A stretch of 64,000 nucleotides of DNA from an uncultured Planctomycetota bacterium (GTDB lineage Bacteria; Planctomycetota; Planctomycetia; Pirellulales; Lacipirellulaceae), in assembly GCA_963719315.1 (NCBI GenBank), contig CAVRBU010000001.1, forward strand, positions 224,001 to 288,000, in the 5' to 3' direction. The notes beneath the pieces are model-generated. The model was not told where the DNA came from and ran no database searches. It saw only the letters and a program-made list of their open reading frames with translations. The translations under genes and the position numbers were made by a program. Of the stretch, positions 9,857 to 21,032 are shown one piece after another (within the stretch, counting starts at the first letter, position 1; every line of letters starts with the position of its first letter).

Positions 9857-11284
9857 ATGCCCGTCGTAACTACCGTTTTCGGACTCGCCGCCGTCGTCTG
9901 GGGGGCTTGCTTCGCCCGCCGCTCGTCGTTGCTGGTGGGCGTTAGTCTTTTACTGGTGGTCAGTTATGCGTTGGGGCACGAGTTCTGGAACACGCGAATC
10001 GGGCCGTTGCCGGTGACGCTGGATCGTGTGTTGCTTGTCGGCCTGCTGGGCGCGTTTGCCGTGCAATGGCGCAGCGGTGCATATTCATTCCGCCAGATGT
10101 CCGGCAGCGACTGGCTGCAGCTTTCAATGTTGGCCGTATTTACCGTGAGCGCCGCGTATAGTGGGCAGCCAGATTTCACGGACGGTGTCACGTCGAAGTG
10201 GGGCCGCTTGGTGACCGGATTCGTGATCCCGGGGATTCTCTACGCGCTGGTGCGACAAATCCCCATTGTGCAGCGCGATTGGTCGCGGATGCTCTTTGCC
10301 CTCATCGCGCTCGGTATTTATCTGGCGTGTACCGGTGTGTTGGAAGTCGCCGGTTGTTGGTCGTTGGTGTTACCACGTTACATCTCCGATCCGAAGCTGG
10401 GCATCCACTTCGGCCGTGCTCGCGGGCCGGAGTTGAATTCTGTGAGCCTTGGCCTCTACCTTACGGCTGGCTGCTTGTGCGCGTGGCTGCTTTTGCCGCA
10501 GGTGCGTCAACGTTGGCAGCAACTCGCGCTGCTCGGCGCAGTGCCGCTGATGGCGCTCGGCGTACTATTGACCTACACGCGTTCGACGTGGATCGGTTTG
10601 GCGGCCAGCGGCTTGGTGGTTGCCGCGTTCCAAATTCCCCGCGGATGGCGCATGCCGGTGTTCGTGAGCGGGGCGGTCTTCGGTATGTTGTTCGCATTCA
10701 CTTCGTGGAACCAATTGATGGGAATCCAGCGCGAAGGCACCGCTGAGGATGCTGAGCACTCGGTGGATCAGCGCGCGTCGTTCGCGTATGTGTCGTGGCA
10801 GATGTTTTGCGACCATCCGATTCTTGGTGTTGGTTTTGGGCGGTTCTTCGACCAGAAGCTGCCGTATCTCTCCGATCGTCGCCAACGCGTCGAACTCGAA
10901 TCGATTCGGGGGTTACATCATCACAACACGTTGCTGAGCGTGTTGACGGAAACCGGATTAGTCGGTTTCGCGGCGTTTATTGCCGTCTTCGTGGCCTGGA
11001 CGCGGTCTGCCTGGCGGCTCGCGACGAGCGCCGTGTCGTCGCAGTGGATTCGCACGCAGGGCCTGCTGATGCTCGCGCTGATCGCGAATTATCTGTGCTC
11101 TGCCGTGTTCCATGATTTAACGCTGCTGCCATCTCAAGAACTGTTGTTGTTCGTGTTCGCGGCTTTGACTGTCAATCTGGATCAGGTCGCGCCAAGTGCG
11201 TGTTCCGCGGCTCCTTTGTGTAGCCCTGCGTTAGCGATGGACATTGCGAAGAACTGGCGGGTCACCAGTTCCACTGGTACCTGA
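9857..11284 (+). CDS. O-antigen ligase / Wzy polymerase family protein
   Basis: RARGP, LTYTRSTW, HPILGVGFGRF, HHNTLLSVLTETG. Confidence 0.85.
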   Translation: MPVVTTVFGLAAVVWGACFARRSSLLVGVSLLLVVSYALGHEFWNTRIGPLPVTLDRVLLVGLLGAFAVQWRSGAYSFRQMSGSDWLQLSMLAVFTVSAAYSGQPDFTDGVTSKWGRLVTGFVIPGILYALVRQIPIVQRDWSRMLFALIALGIYLACTGVLEVAGCWSLVLPRYISDPKLGIHFGRARGPELNSVSLGLYLTAGCLCAWLLLPQVRQRWQQLALLGAVPLMALGVLLTYTRSTWIGLAASGLVVAAFQIPRGWRMPVFVSGAVFGMLFAFTSWNQLMGIQREGTAEDAEHSVDQRASFAYVSWQMFCDHPILGVGFGRFFDQKLPYLSDRRQRVELESIRGLHHHNTLLSVLTETGLVGFAAFIAVFVAWTRSAWRLATSAVSSQWIRTQGLLMLALIANYLCSAVFHDLTLLPSQELLLFVFAALTVNLDQVAPSACSAAPLCSPALAMDIAKNWRVTSSTGT

Positions 11285-11358
11285 ATCACCGCAAGCGGTG
11301 GCGATCATGCAGCGGGCGGACTATCCGCGCACGATTGGGAGGAGCTATATTCGCCTGT

Positions 11359-12607
11359 ATGCCTCCTTCAAACGTCTTAGTGGTGGTGGTGGACGGCTTG
11401 CGCGCCTCGGCACTCGGGGGGTACGGCAATACGACGTTTCCGACACCCGCGTTGGATCGATTCGCGGCCGAGAGTCTCCTGTTGGACGCTTGCTACGCGC
11501 CAACAGCCGATTTGGCGGGCATCTACCGCGGGCTGTGGCGGTCGTTGCACCCGGCCCGACCGGCGAGTAGCGGAAGTCGCGAGGGTCTTCCGTCGGCGTT
11601 CGCGGTGCGTGGCTATCATACAACGTTGATCAGCGACGATCGGCAGCTTGAATTGCTGGCCGGAACCGACGGCTTTCACGAACGTGTGCTACTGGCAAAT
11701 TCTTCGGACGGTGGCACGCCTCTGTCCCGCTCGGATGACGTTCCCCAAACAGAGCTTGCGCACGTGTTTGCAGCTGCCAGCGAGTTAATTAGCAGCCCCC
11801 GCAATCTCGATGGGGGTGCGGCCGATCACTTGCCGGGTCCAAAACTGGTTTGGGTTCATACTCGGGGAATGTACGGATCGTGGAACGCCCCGCTCGAATT
11901 CCAGCAATCGCTGCTGGATGATGATAGCGCGCCGCCGATCGAGACCACGTCACCGCCCGACTTCACGATCGCCGCCGGCGATGATCCCGATACGGCGTTT
12001 CGTTTTGCTTGCGGCTATGCGGCACAAGTGCTCGCGCTCGATGTCTGTTGGCAAGGGTTACTCGATACGATCGATGAACCGGCGCGCGACAATCCGTGGC
12101 TTGTGATGCTGATCGGCGCACGCGGATTTCCACTGGGCGAACACCGCCGCATCGGTGGCATTGATTCGCGGATGTATGCCGAACAAGTGCACGTGCCTTG
12201 GTTGATTCGCTTTCCGGATGGCCGTGGCCGACTCGCGCGGGTCGGCACGCTCGCGACCCATCTCGATGTTTTACCGACGCTGCTCGATTGGATCGACGAC
12301 GGCGAGCAAGGCGCCGGCCACACATTCGACGGCTTCAGTGCGCTACGGCTAGCGACCAATGAGATGTCGTCCCTTCGCGATGCGATTCTATCGATGGCGG
12401 CGGATGGCGCTTGCTCATTTCGCACTTTCGCCTGGTGTTTGCGCGGACGCACTGTCGCTTGCCGCGGCCGAATTATTCGTGCGCCCCGACGATCGATGGG
12501 AAGCGAACGACATATCGAAGCTCTGCCCCGAAGTCTTGGAGGAGCTACTTGCCTCGGCCGCCAAAACTCTGCGTGGCTTGGAATCTGGCGAGCCGATCCG
12601 TAGCTGA
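11359..12607 (+). CDS. Sulfatase-like hydrolase/transferase (alkaline phosphatase fold), apparent frameshift near 12450
   Basis: PSNVLVVVVDGLR, TPALDRFA, LGEH, EQVHVPWLIR, HLDVLPTL; C-terminus ELFVRPDDRWEAND lies in another frame. Confidence 0.7.
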
Positions 12608-12860
12608 ATTCGCAAGAAATCCAGCCGTGACGTTTTGCTGCTGAACTCTTGGGAGTTCAGCTACCTCGCTGCTAGCAGTGCAGACGCGCAAGAATTGCGG
12701 GCATTCTGCGAGTGCAAGCTGATCTGGTTGCGGCGGGTTCGACCGCGTACAATCCGCCGCCCGTTGTGTCGCGGGAAACCGTTGCCACAAAAGCATTTAA
12801 CAATTCTCGGTGAGGCCGCCGGCCGCGCCGTGTTCTTTTGCAAATTGGACCTGACGCACC

Positions 12861-15800
12861 ATGTTCGGACACGGACGTCCGTCATCGTTGGCCTTTGCGC
12901 TTGCGCGTACCGCGCTCGCGCTGTGCGCAGTTCTTGCCAACTCAGCCTGGGGTCAGGTAATCACGCCCGTTACCGCTCCTACCAACGAGTCTTCGGGCGC
13001 CGTTCAAATTGCTGCCGCTAGCGAGCCGGTTCGTCTGCGAATCAGTTGGGGCGGCGGCGAAGCCCGTGCTTGGGTTGGTGAAGTTCGGCTCGATAAAGGT
13101 TCGCTTTCGAATTTGAAGCCACTCGGGACTGACCCTGACGCGGCTGGTTCTGTTTGGGTCGAAGGCGGGCGATTGCGGATCGGCGCGCTCAGCCCTCACA
13201 AATCCGACCGCGTTGAAATCGCCGCGGAGTCGGTGCCCAACGCTCAGTTGCTCATCGAATTGGCGGGCGATACCAAAGTTGCGCCTGTTAAGGCTCAGGT
13301 GGCGCTCGATGAGTTGACCCGGCGTCCATTACAGCTTCGGCTGGACGACCAAGGCAACACGCTCGAAATCACGCTCATACCCACACCGATTCTGCAAATC
13401 TCGATCAAGGGCGATCCGCAGTCGCGCGATTCACTCGTCTTTGCGCCCGGCCAGCAGTTGTCGTTCGAGATGGCTCTTCAGCTTCCAAACGCCTTGCATG
13501 GCACTACGCTCGATCTTCAAACAACGCTGTCCCCGGCGCCGAAAGGATGTGCTGTGGACTGATATCCAGAAGTTGCCTGTACCTATCGAGGGACGCCCAA
13601 CGGTTGATCTCAATGTGCCGCTGCAACAGGCTGAGGGCGTCTACACAGTGCATGTCGCCGTTTCGCGACCGAGCGGGTACTTTCGCGATAAGTTCTTTGC
13701 GGCGGCCGCGGCGCCGCTGGCCGAGCGCAGCTTCGAAGTAGTGGTGATTGACCCGCGCCCGGCAGCGCGGTCGGCGAGCGGCCACTGGGTGCCCGTGCTG
13801 GAAATCGATCCGACCAACCCGCGATGGATCGAGCGACTGCCGAGTTGGACGCAATTCCGCCGCATCCCCGGGCTCAGCAATCACGGGTCGCTCGGCAGCA
13901 TTCGAGCCGGCGCCGTCGATTTGCCGTTAGGGCGGTTCATCGAGCTGCCGCCGACCGTGGCCGGGGCCGACCCTCATTGGCAAGGCTATACGCTGCCGCT
14001 GGAAGCAGTCGGTGTGCCCCACATGTTGGAAATCGACTATCCGGCCGACGCCGAGCAGCAATTTGGGCTGAGCATCGTGGAACCGAACGCGGCGGGAGTC
14101 GTCGAAGGTGAATATCGCGATTCTGGTGTGTACGTCGAGGGACTCGGTCGCAGTGAAGTGAAGCACAAACAAACACAGCGACTCATCTTTTGGCCACGTA
14201 CGCAATCGCCATTGCTAGTAGTAACTAATCAACATCCGACAGCCGCCGCGCGCTTCGGGCAACTTCGCGTTTACAAGCGCGTTGGGTCCTTAACTGCGGG
14301 AGCGCCGGTTGCGGCAGCAAATGGACGATTGATGGCCGCGTACTTGGCCCGCCCGCTAGCAGCCGAATCACTGGGCGCGACGCAAGCTAATGAGATTGCC
14401 AATGCCATCGGCAGCATCAAGACAAGCGACGATTCTCAGACATTGTACGAATCCGTCACACGGCTCGCCGACTACGTGCAGTACGGTGGATACAACAGCG
14501 CCGTCGTGGGCACCAAGCTTAGCGATGTCTGGGCCACGCCCGGCGGGCAAGGCGCGACCATTGGCACGACCGATGGACTCGACCTCTCTCTCCGCGTGTT
14601 CGACCGCGAGCGACTGACGCTCCTGCCCGCCATCGAGTTTGCTGCCCCGCTTTCCCAGCTCGAAGAACTTCGCCGCAAAAGCGATCCGCGCGTCGCCGGC
14701 TTGGAGTGGGTTGGACCCGATGGTCGAACTTGGTTGGAAGCCAACGGCACGCGCGGCGGCCGCGCGCCGTACTACAATCTGTTGGATCCGCGCGTTCAAG
14801 AAGCGATTTTGGGAATTGTCCGCAATCTTGTCGCTCGATACGGCAATCACGCCGCATTCGGTGGGCTGGCCGTGCAGCTTTCAAGTGACGGTTACGCACA
14901 ATTGCCGCCGTTGGAATGGGGCATGGATGACGCCACGATCGCGCGGTTCGAGCGCGCCACGGGAATCGCACTAACCGCAACCGGCCCGGGCCGTTTTGCT
15001 GCTCGCAGCGAATTGCTAAGTAACCAGCATGCCGAGGATTGGCGGAGCTGCGCGCGGCCCAAGTAGCCGACTTTTATGAGCGATTGGCAAAGGTCGTTCG
15101 CGGCAACACCAATCGACGTTTATTGTTGACGACTGAAAGCATGTTCGACAACCCGCAGATCGGTCAACGGATTCGTCCCAGATTGTCGGCCGTCGAAAAT
15201 CGAGTCGCGTCGACGTTCGTCGAGTTGGGGCTCGATCGGAATAAAATGCTCGAATCCAAACCCGGGCTGGTGCTCTGCCCGACGCTCTACGTCGAGCCAC
15301 CGACGCCTCTCTGCGACCGCGCGATCGATTTCGAGCTGAACGCGGCGTTTTCCCGTTGGCGACAGCAGCCGAAGTCGTCAGCGATGGGTGCCGCCGTGCT
15401 GTACCATCGTTCGCAACAACTGCGGCTTGCCTCGTTTTCTCGCAGCAACCTACCCTTCAAAGTGGCCGGGGACTTGCAGCTCATCTGCCAACCAATTGCC
15501 TATGGGGTCATGGCTCGGCGGCCGTATGTGCAAGCGCTGTTGGAGGGCGATCCGACAACCGTTATCGACGGTGGCGATCTGCTTTCGATGGGGCAGGATG
15601 AAATGCTGCGGAATGTCCGTGGAGTTCTTGCTGGTTTGCCGACTTCGGCACAAGTTACCGAAATCGCGACGCAACCAGTCATTGTGAGAACGTATGCCGA
15701 AGATAAGCAGACTACGTTTTTGGTGATGAACGCATCGCCGTGGGCCGCTACCGTGCAAGTTACGCTCGACGTTCCGCGCGGCTCGTCGCTTGATCCACTC

Positions 15801-16832
15801 GCGGCGCCTGAAGAAAAAACCGGCAATGCCCCGATCAAGCCGCTTCTGCTTGCGGCCGGGCGACAACCGTGGGCACTCACGCTGGAGCCTTGTGATGTGC
15901 GGGCCGTGCGCATTGCGGTTCCGGGCGCGAAAGCCGTCGAGGTCCATGCCGACTTGAGCGATGTGGCACACGCCGAGTTGAAAGCCCAACTGGCTGAGCT
16001 TGCCAACCGCGACTTGTCAGCGCCGCACACGTGCACCGCGTTGTCTAACCCGAGCTTCGAGCCGCTGGGTGGCCCGCTACCGAGTTGGAGATTGGTGAAC
16101 AATGTGCCGGGCGTTACGGCCATGCTCGATGCAACGGCGCCTCAGGATGGCAAAACGAGTCTGTACTTAAGTAGTAATGGCCTATCGGCGGCCATAGAGA
16201 GTGATGCCTTCCCCATCCCCTCAACCGGTCAACTCGCGATGACTGTTTTCGCTCGTGGCAAAAATATGGGCACCGGCACCGAGGTTCGATTGGTCTTCGA
16301 ATCGGAAGGTGGGCAGCCGGTCTACCGCCGCGCTGCCAGTGTGCGGGGCGCGGAAACGGAACGCGAAAATCAACTGTGGGGTAGGCCATTTGCCATCCTC
16401 GTCAATGATTTGCCTTGTAACTTGCAAAGAAATATGCGGATCGTCTTCGAGCTGACAGGTCCGGGCGAAGTGTGGCTCGACAACGTCAAGCTTTATGATT
16501 TGTTGTTCCCTCTGAAGTTTTACGGAAACGCGGAGGCAGAGATTCTGCAACTTTTCAAACTGACGCACGCGGCCCAGAACGCGTACGACGCGGGCCAGGT
16601 TAGTGACTGCCTGCAGTTGATCGATGGATACTGGCCGCGTTTCGTGATGTCCTACACTGCGCCAGCGGCGCCAAAGGTCGCCGCCATCCCGGCGCCTATG
16701 TCGACGAATGCAGATTCCGTGCACTCGTCATCCGCCCCCGACTCACCTTCGGCTTCGCCATCTAATGAGAGTGAGCAACCACCGCCAGGCGTCGGTGATC
16801 GCTTGAAACGTTGGGTGCCAATTTTGCGTTGA
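12861..16832 (+). CDS. Large secreted protein with GHL10-like glycoside-hydrolase domain and C-terminal CBM-like domain; apparent frameshifts near 13535 and 15050
   Basis: Signal peptide; PYYNLLDPRVQEAIL...RYGNHAAFGGLAVQL; NPSFE...GEVWLDNVKL; ORFs 12861..13562, 13441..15066 and 15039..16832 join into one reading at two short junctions. Confidence 0.6.
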
Positions 16833-16908
16833 TCGCTCTCGGTCGCTAAAGATGTTGTTGCACGCCCGTCAACCTAGAATGGCGGCTTGTGAGGTCTCAC
16901 ATCACGTT

Positions 16909-17985
16909 CTAAATTCCAGCACAATCCGCTTCCGTAGCAAGCGGATTCGGAACATCGACGGCCGGATGTACGCCTGGATCATCCGCTACATACCACTTTG
17001 CAAGCACGTCCTGCCATCCACCCGGCTGTTGGACGCTACAAAAGTCGGCACGTACTTCTTTGTGCAGTGGGTGAAGTTGCGAGTACTTGATCGCAAACTT
17101 GCGCATATCGGGCAAACACCGCACTGGCCCGTAAAGCTCTTCCGCCAGTCGGAAGTGTTCGCAAATCACATCGCGCTGTTCGTGCAATGAGGGCGGCGCC
17201 GGCAGCGGAAGGCCAGCCGCGAGCGCCCGAACCTGACTGAAGATCCATGGGTTGCCGATCGCGCCGCGGGCGACGGTGGCGCCGTCAACTCCGGTGAAAT
17301 GCAGCATGTCGAGGCAGGCCTGGGCATTGAACAAATCGCCGCTGCCCAGTACGACGCGGTCGCCGGCATACGTTTTCAGTTCGCGGAGGAACTCCCACCG
17401 CGATGGCCCATTGTAGCGTTGCACGACGGTCCGACCGTGCACGGTAATTGCTGCCGCTCCCAGCGCAAACGCGCCGTCGAAAATCTCGAAGAACATCTCG
17501 CGGCTTTCTGCCGTGTCGTCAATCCCCCGGCGCATTTTCACGGTGACAGGGATATGACTGGGCACCGCGTCTCGGACACGCCGCACAATTTCGAGCGCAA
17601 TCTGCGGCTGGCTCAAGTGATATCCGCCGCGGCACCGACCGAGCACCTTTTTCACTGGGCATCCGAAGTTGATGTCGATCACATCAAAGCCGCTTTCGAC
17701 CAACCGCAGCGCGGCCGGCGCGAAAATGGTGGGGTCGGCCCCCATCAACTGACCTCCGGTCGGGTGCTCCTCGTCGGCCACGTGCAGAAAGTGGCGATTC
17801 CGTCGTCGCGGTTTTAGCTCCACAATGAATTTGTCGAGCATCACTTCGCACAACGTGTACGGCGCGCCCATCCGACGAGCGATGAGGCGCATCGGCATAT
17901 CGCTGTAGCCGGATAGGGCCGCCTGCACGACGGGAAAATCCAGCCGTAACGGGCCGATGCGTAATTCGCGGAGCGGTTGAGTCAT
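16909..17985 (-). CDS. dusB: tRNA-dihydrouridine synthase (DusB-like)
   Basis: DINFGCPVKKV, VTVKMRRG, TVHGRT, ARGAIGNPWIF. Confidence 0.88.
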   Translation of the reverse strand: MTQPLRELRIGPLRLDFPVVQAALSGYSDMPMRLIARRMGAPYTLCEVMLDKFIVELKPRRRNRHFLHVADEEHPTGGQLMGADPTIFAPAALRLVESGFDVIDINFGCPVKKVLGRCRGGYHLSQPQIALEIVRRVRDAVPSHIPVTVKMRRGIDDTAESREMFFEIFDGAFALGAAAITVHGRTVVQRYNGPSRWEFLRELKTYAGDRVVLGSGDLFNAQACLDMLHFTGVDGATVARGAIGNPWIFSQVRALAAGLPLPAPPSLHEQRDVICEHFRLAEELYGPVRCLPDMRKFAIKYSQLHPLHKEVRADFCSVQQPGGWQDVLAKWYVADDPGVHPAVDVPNPLATEADCAGI

Positions 17986-19145
17986 GATGTAGATTCTGCA
18001 CCGTCATGTTCGAGTGGGTCAATCGTAGCCCGCAGCGCAGCGTCGATTTCGTCCAGCACGTAAATGTCAATTTCGGTGCCGCGTTGCGATTCCAAAGCGT
18101 ACCGTGCTTCACGGTCGGTGTAGCGCCCGAGCGCCCATGCACACGCACCGCGGACGAGCGGTTCATGATCTTTGAGTCCGCAAATTAGAGCTGGAATTGC
18201 CACCGTTGTCGGCCGATTCCCCAGCACAATTGCCGCGTTCCGCAAGAGTCCGCGACGCCTTGGCCGCCACAGTGGCGTGTGTCGGAAACGTGCACGGAAC
18301 GCCGCATCGTCCAACTCGAACAGTGCGATTAGCTCGATCGGGTTGCTGTCCTCGCGCGGTCCGAACTCCGCTTGCCGACTGAGCGGAGCTCGCGAATTCC
18401 AAGGACAAACGTCCTGGCACACATCGCAGCCAAAGAGCCAATCGCCGACGCCGGGTCGCAAATCGCGCGCAATCGGCCCGCGCAATTCGATGGTCAGGTA
18501 ACTAATGCACCGTGACGCGTCAAGCACATACGGCTGGGCAAACGCCCGCGTCGGGCAGGCATCGAGACACGCCCGGCAGTTGCCACAATGATCGGTCTCG
18601 CGCGACGTATCATACGATAACTCCAGATCCGTCAACAAGGCTGCGAGAAAAAACCAACTGCCAGCCTGTCGATTGATGAGCAGGGTGTTTTTGCCGATCC
18701 AACCCAGGCCGGCAAACTCGGCAAACTCGCGCTCCATCAGAGGAGCAGAATCAACGACGCCTCTCGCAAGTGCGCCCGGAACGCTTTGCTCTAAGAAGTC
18801 GCGCAAGGCATTAAGCCGTTCGCGAATAAGATCGTGATAATCGGCGTCGCCCCACGCGTATCGCGATACCCGCCCCTGCCTTTCTCGTGTCGTGGCCGGA
18901 TCGGCTGTGCGATAATTCATTGCCAGCATGATGATGCTACGCACGCCATCCAGCACTCGATTCGGGTCGCAATACGCCTCGCGACGATCGGCGATGTAGT
19001 TCATTTCACCCGCGTATCCAGCCGCCAACCATTCGTCGAGCCGCTGCGCCCCGGCCGGCGCGATCGCCGGGCAAACTCCACAAAACGAAAAGCCCAATTC
19101 GCCCGCCCGCCGCTTCAATTCGTAGGTCAGATCCGGTCGTTCCAT
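17982..19145 (-). CDS. queG: tRNA epoxyqueuosine reductase
   Basis: SRYAWGDADYH, GLGWIGKN, CGNCRACLDACPT, GCDVCQDVCPWN, HEAT-like tail. Confidence 0.95.
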   Translation of the reverse strand: MERPDLTYELKRRAGELGFSFCGVCPAIAPAGAQRLDEWLAAGYAGEMNYIADRREAYCDPNRVLDGVRSIIMLAMNYRTADPATTRERQGRVSRYAWGDADYHDLIRERLNALRDFLEQSVPGALARGVVDSAPLMEREFAEFAGLGWIGKNTLLINRQAGSWFFLAALLTDLELSYDTSRETDHCGNCRACLDACPTRAFAQPYVLDASRCISYLTIELRGPIARDLRPGVGDWLFGCDVCQDVCPWNSRAPLSRQAEFGPREDSNPIELIALFELDDAAFRARFRHTPLWRPRRRGLLRNAAIVLGNRPTTVAIPALICGLKDHEPLVRGACAWALGRYTDREARYALESQRGTEIDIYVLDEIDAALRATIDPLEHDGAESTS

Positions 19146-19333
19146 GGTCGCATTTTAGCGGTTTTGCCGTAGGTCCGCCGGGCCGTGGCAGTCCCCGAAC
19201 CCCAGGGAGGGCCGCTTGGCTCGCGGCTTCTACTCCCTGGAATCGTGTTGAAACACGTTCGACCGCCAATTAGCCTGGAGATAGGGCACGAGGACTGGAC
19301 TGCTACGAAGACTTTTCTTTCGGGGAACATTCG

Positions 19334-19774
19334 ATGAAGCGAAATCTGTTGGTTATGACCGTTTTGTTCAGTTTGTTTGGCCTGGCCGCCATCCCGGCTG
19401 CCCAGGCCCAAAATGGCTGTGGTTACGGCGGTGGCTGCTGGGACGGCGGTTACGGCTGGATGTACAACACGCTACGGTACGAAGTGCCACACTTCGCCGC
19501 ATTCCCGCCGGTCTATTACAGCGAGCCGGTTCCGCGGACTTATGGCTACAGCCCGTTTGCGTATCCGCCGTACGTGATGACGCCGGAAGTGATCGGCGAG
19601 GTGCAGCCGCTGACGATCGACAATCCCTACGTGCCGGCGAACAAAACGGCCAGCCCACCGGCCGCCGACTCGAAATCGGATCATGCCGCCTCGGTGACTC
19701 GGAGCGTCGAGCCGTTGGTGGTCGTGAATCCGTACGTACCGCAGCGCGGCACGGTAGCGCAAAACGCTCAGTAA
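19334..19774 (+). CDS. Secreted hypothetical protein, Tyr/Pro-rich
   Basis: Signal peptide ending AAQA; PHFAAFPPVYYS; repeated xNPYVP; followed by a terminator. Confidence 0.7.
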   Translation: MKRNLLVMTVLFSLFGLAAIPAAQAQNGCGYGGGCWDGGYGWMYNTLRYEVPHFAAFPPVYYSEPVPRTYGYSPFAYPPYVMTPEVIGEVQPLTIDNPYVPANKTASPPAADSKSDHAASVTRSVEPLVVVNPYVPQRGTVAQNAQ

Positions 19775-19827
19775 AGCGGAAATTATTAAAACACCTTTCA
19801 TTGCGCGGAGGAGCTTCCGCGAGTGAT

Positions 19828-19862
19828 AGCCCCACCCGCAAGTTCGGTTGGGGCTTTTTTTG
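19828..19862 (+). terminator. Rho-independent terminator
   Basis: AGCCCCACCCG-caagtt-CGGTTGGGGCT followed by a T-run. Confidence 0.85.
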
Positions 19863-20018
19863 TTTTGCGCCCCAAGTTCAGCGCTAGCAGCAGCTCTGCT
19901 CTTCGCCGCTAGCACGACACAATCGCTCTGGACAGACTCTCGTTTCTCGTTATGCTTCGGGCCCTACTCCTCTTCTACCAGAACGCCGCGCAATCGCGCG
20001 ATACAAGGAACAACACGG

Positions 20019-20936
20019 ATGAACGGAAGTCATCCGATAGTTAACCGCGCCACAAAGTGCGCCCTCGTTGCAGCGCTGTTGGCCGGCGGATGTCGCTCAA
20101 CGTCGAGCGGCGTGAATAATCCATTCCTGGCGCCAAACCGCGTGGCGCCGCCGTCAACGCGCGTACTCGCTCCCGGTCAAGCGCAGCCGTATTATCAGGG
20201 TGATCCGCTGCCGGTGATGCAGAGTGCAACCGAGCCGCCAGCCAATAACCTGATCGCCGGCAATAGTGCGACCGATGCCCGGTCTTCCTCCGGCAAAACA
20301 TTGGCGTGGAACGCGCCGGCAGGCGCGGTACTTGCCATTGCAGCCGCGCCGGTTGCTGCAAACCCAGCGGTGCCGTGGAGTTCGAATCCGCCAGCAGCGA
20401 TGCCAGTTTCCTATGGCAACGAGCAGCCCGTTGCCGTTCCGGCGGACACCAGTTCCATACGATTTGCGTTACCTGCGCCCAACAATCCCGAACCGGCCAC
20501 GCCGACGATTCCGCAGTCCGTCCAACCGGCTGGTGCGACACCGAATCAAGCCGTGATGCTCGCGTCGTATAACACGCCAGTGGCGGGCGACTCATTACCG
20601 GTGGCGAGTGCGCCAACGCTCGGCTCAACACCACAAGTCACATCACCTTGGCGCACGCCGCAGGTCAGTCAGACCACACCCGCTCCGATGTACGGAATGC
20701 AGCCGCCGCCTTACCAAAGCGCGAGCGGCCAACCGATCATGATTCCGGCTCCGCCTCCGAATCTGGTAGTCCATCCGCCGGTTGCGATATCCACCAATCC
20801 GGTGGCGGTTCAATTGCGATCCGTACCGTCGCCGCCGCAGCCGGGAGATCCAATGCCGCGGATTCGCATTCCGGGCTATGACGTGCCGCAGACGGCGGCC
20901 GTTGACGGCTTCCGCCCGCGAAGCAGCATGCAGTAG
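20019..20936 (+). CDS. Putative Pro-rich lipoprotein
   Basis: AAGGA upstream of ATG; hydrophobic ALVAALLAGGC lipobox-like signal; low-complexity Pro/Ala body. Confidence 0.6.
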   Translation: MNGSHPIVNRATKCALVAALLAGGCRSTSSGVNNPFLAPNRVAPPSTRVLAPGQAQPYYQGDPLPVMQSATEPPANNLIAGNSATDARSSSGKTLAWNAPAGAVLAIAAAPVAANPAVPWSSNPPAAMPVSYGNEQPVAVPADTSSIRFALPAPNNPEPATPTIPQSVQPAGATPNQAVMLASYNTPVAGDSLPVASAPTLGSTPQVTSPWRTPQVSQTTPAPMYGMQPPPYQSASGQPIMIPAPPPNLVVHPPVAISTNPVAVQLRSVPSPPQPGDPMPRIRIPGYDVPQTAAVDGFRPRSSMQ

Positions 20937-20949
20937 AACGAGAGGCAAC

Positions 20950-21028
20950 CTCTCACGCCGCGGGGAATGAGCATGTTGGTGGTGAATTCGACATGCCTAC
21001 ACAGGTTTCACGTCGAAGGCATGCCACC
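20950..21028. repeat. Degenerate REP-like doublet, same family as 40695-40778
   Basis: Shares CGCCGCGG..TGAGCATGT..CATGC..CGAAGGCATGC blocks. Confidence 0.5.
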
Positions 21029-21032
21029 GTTG

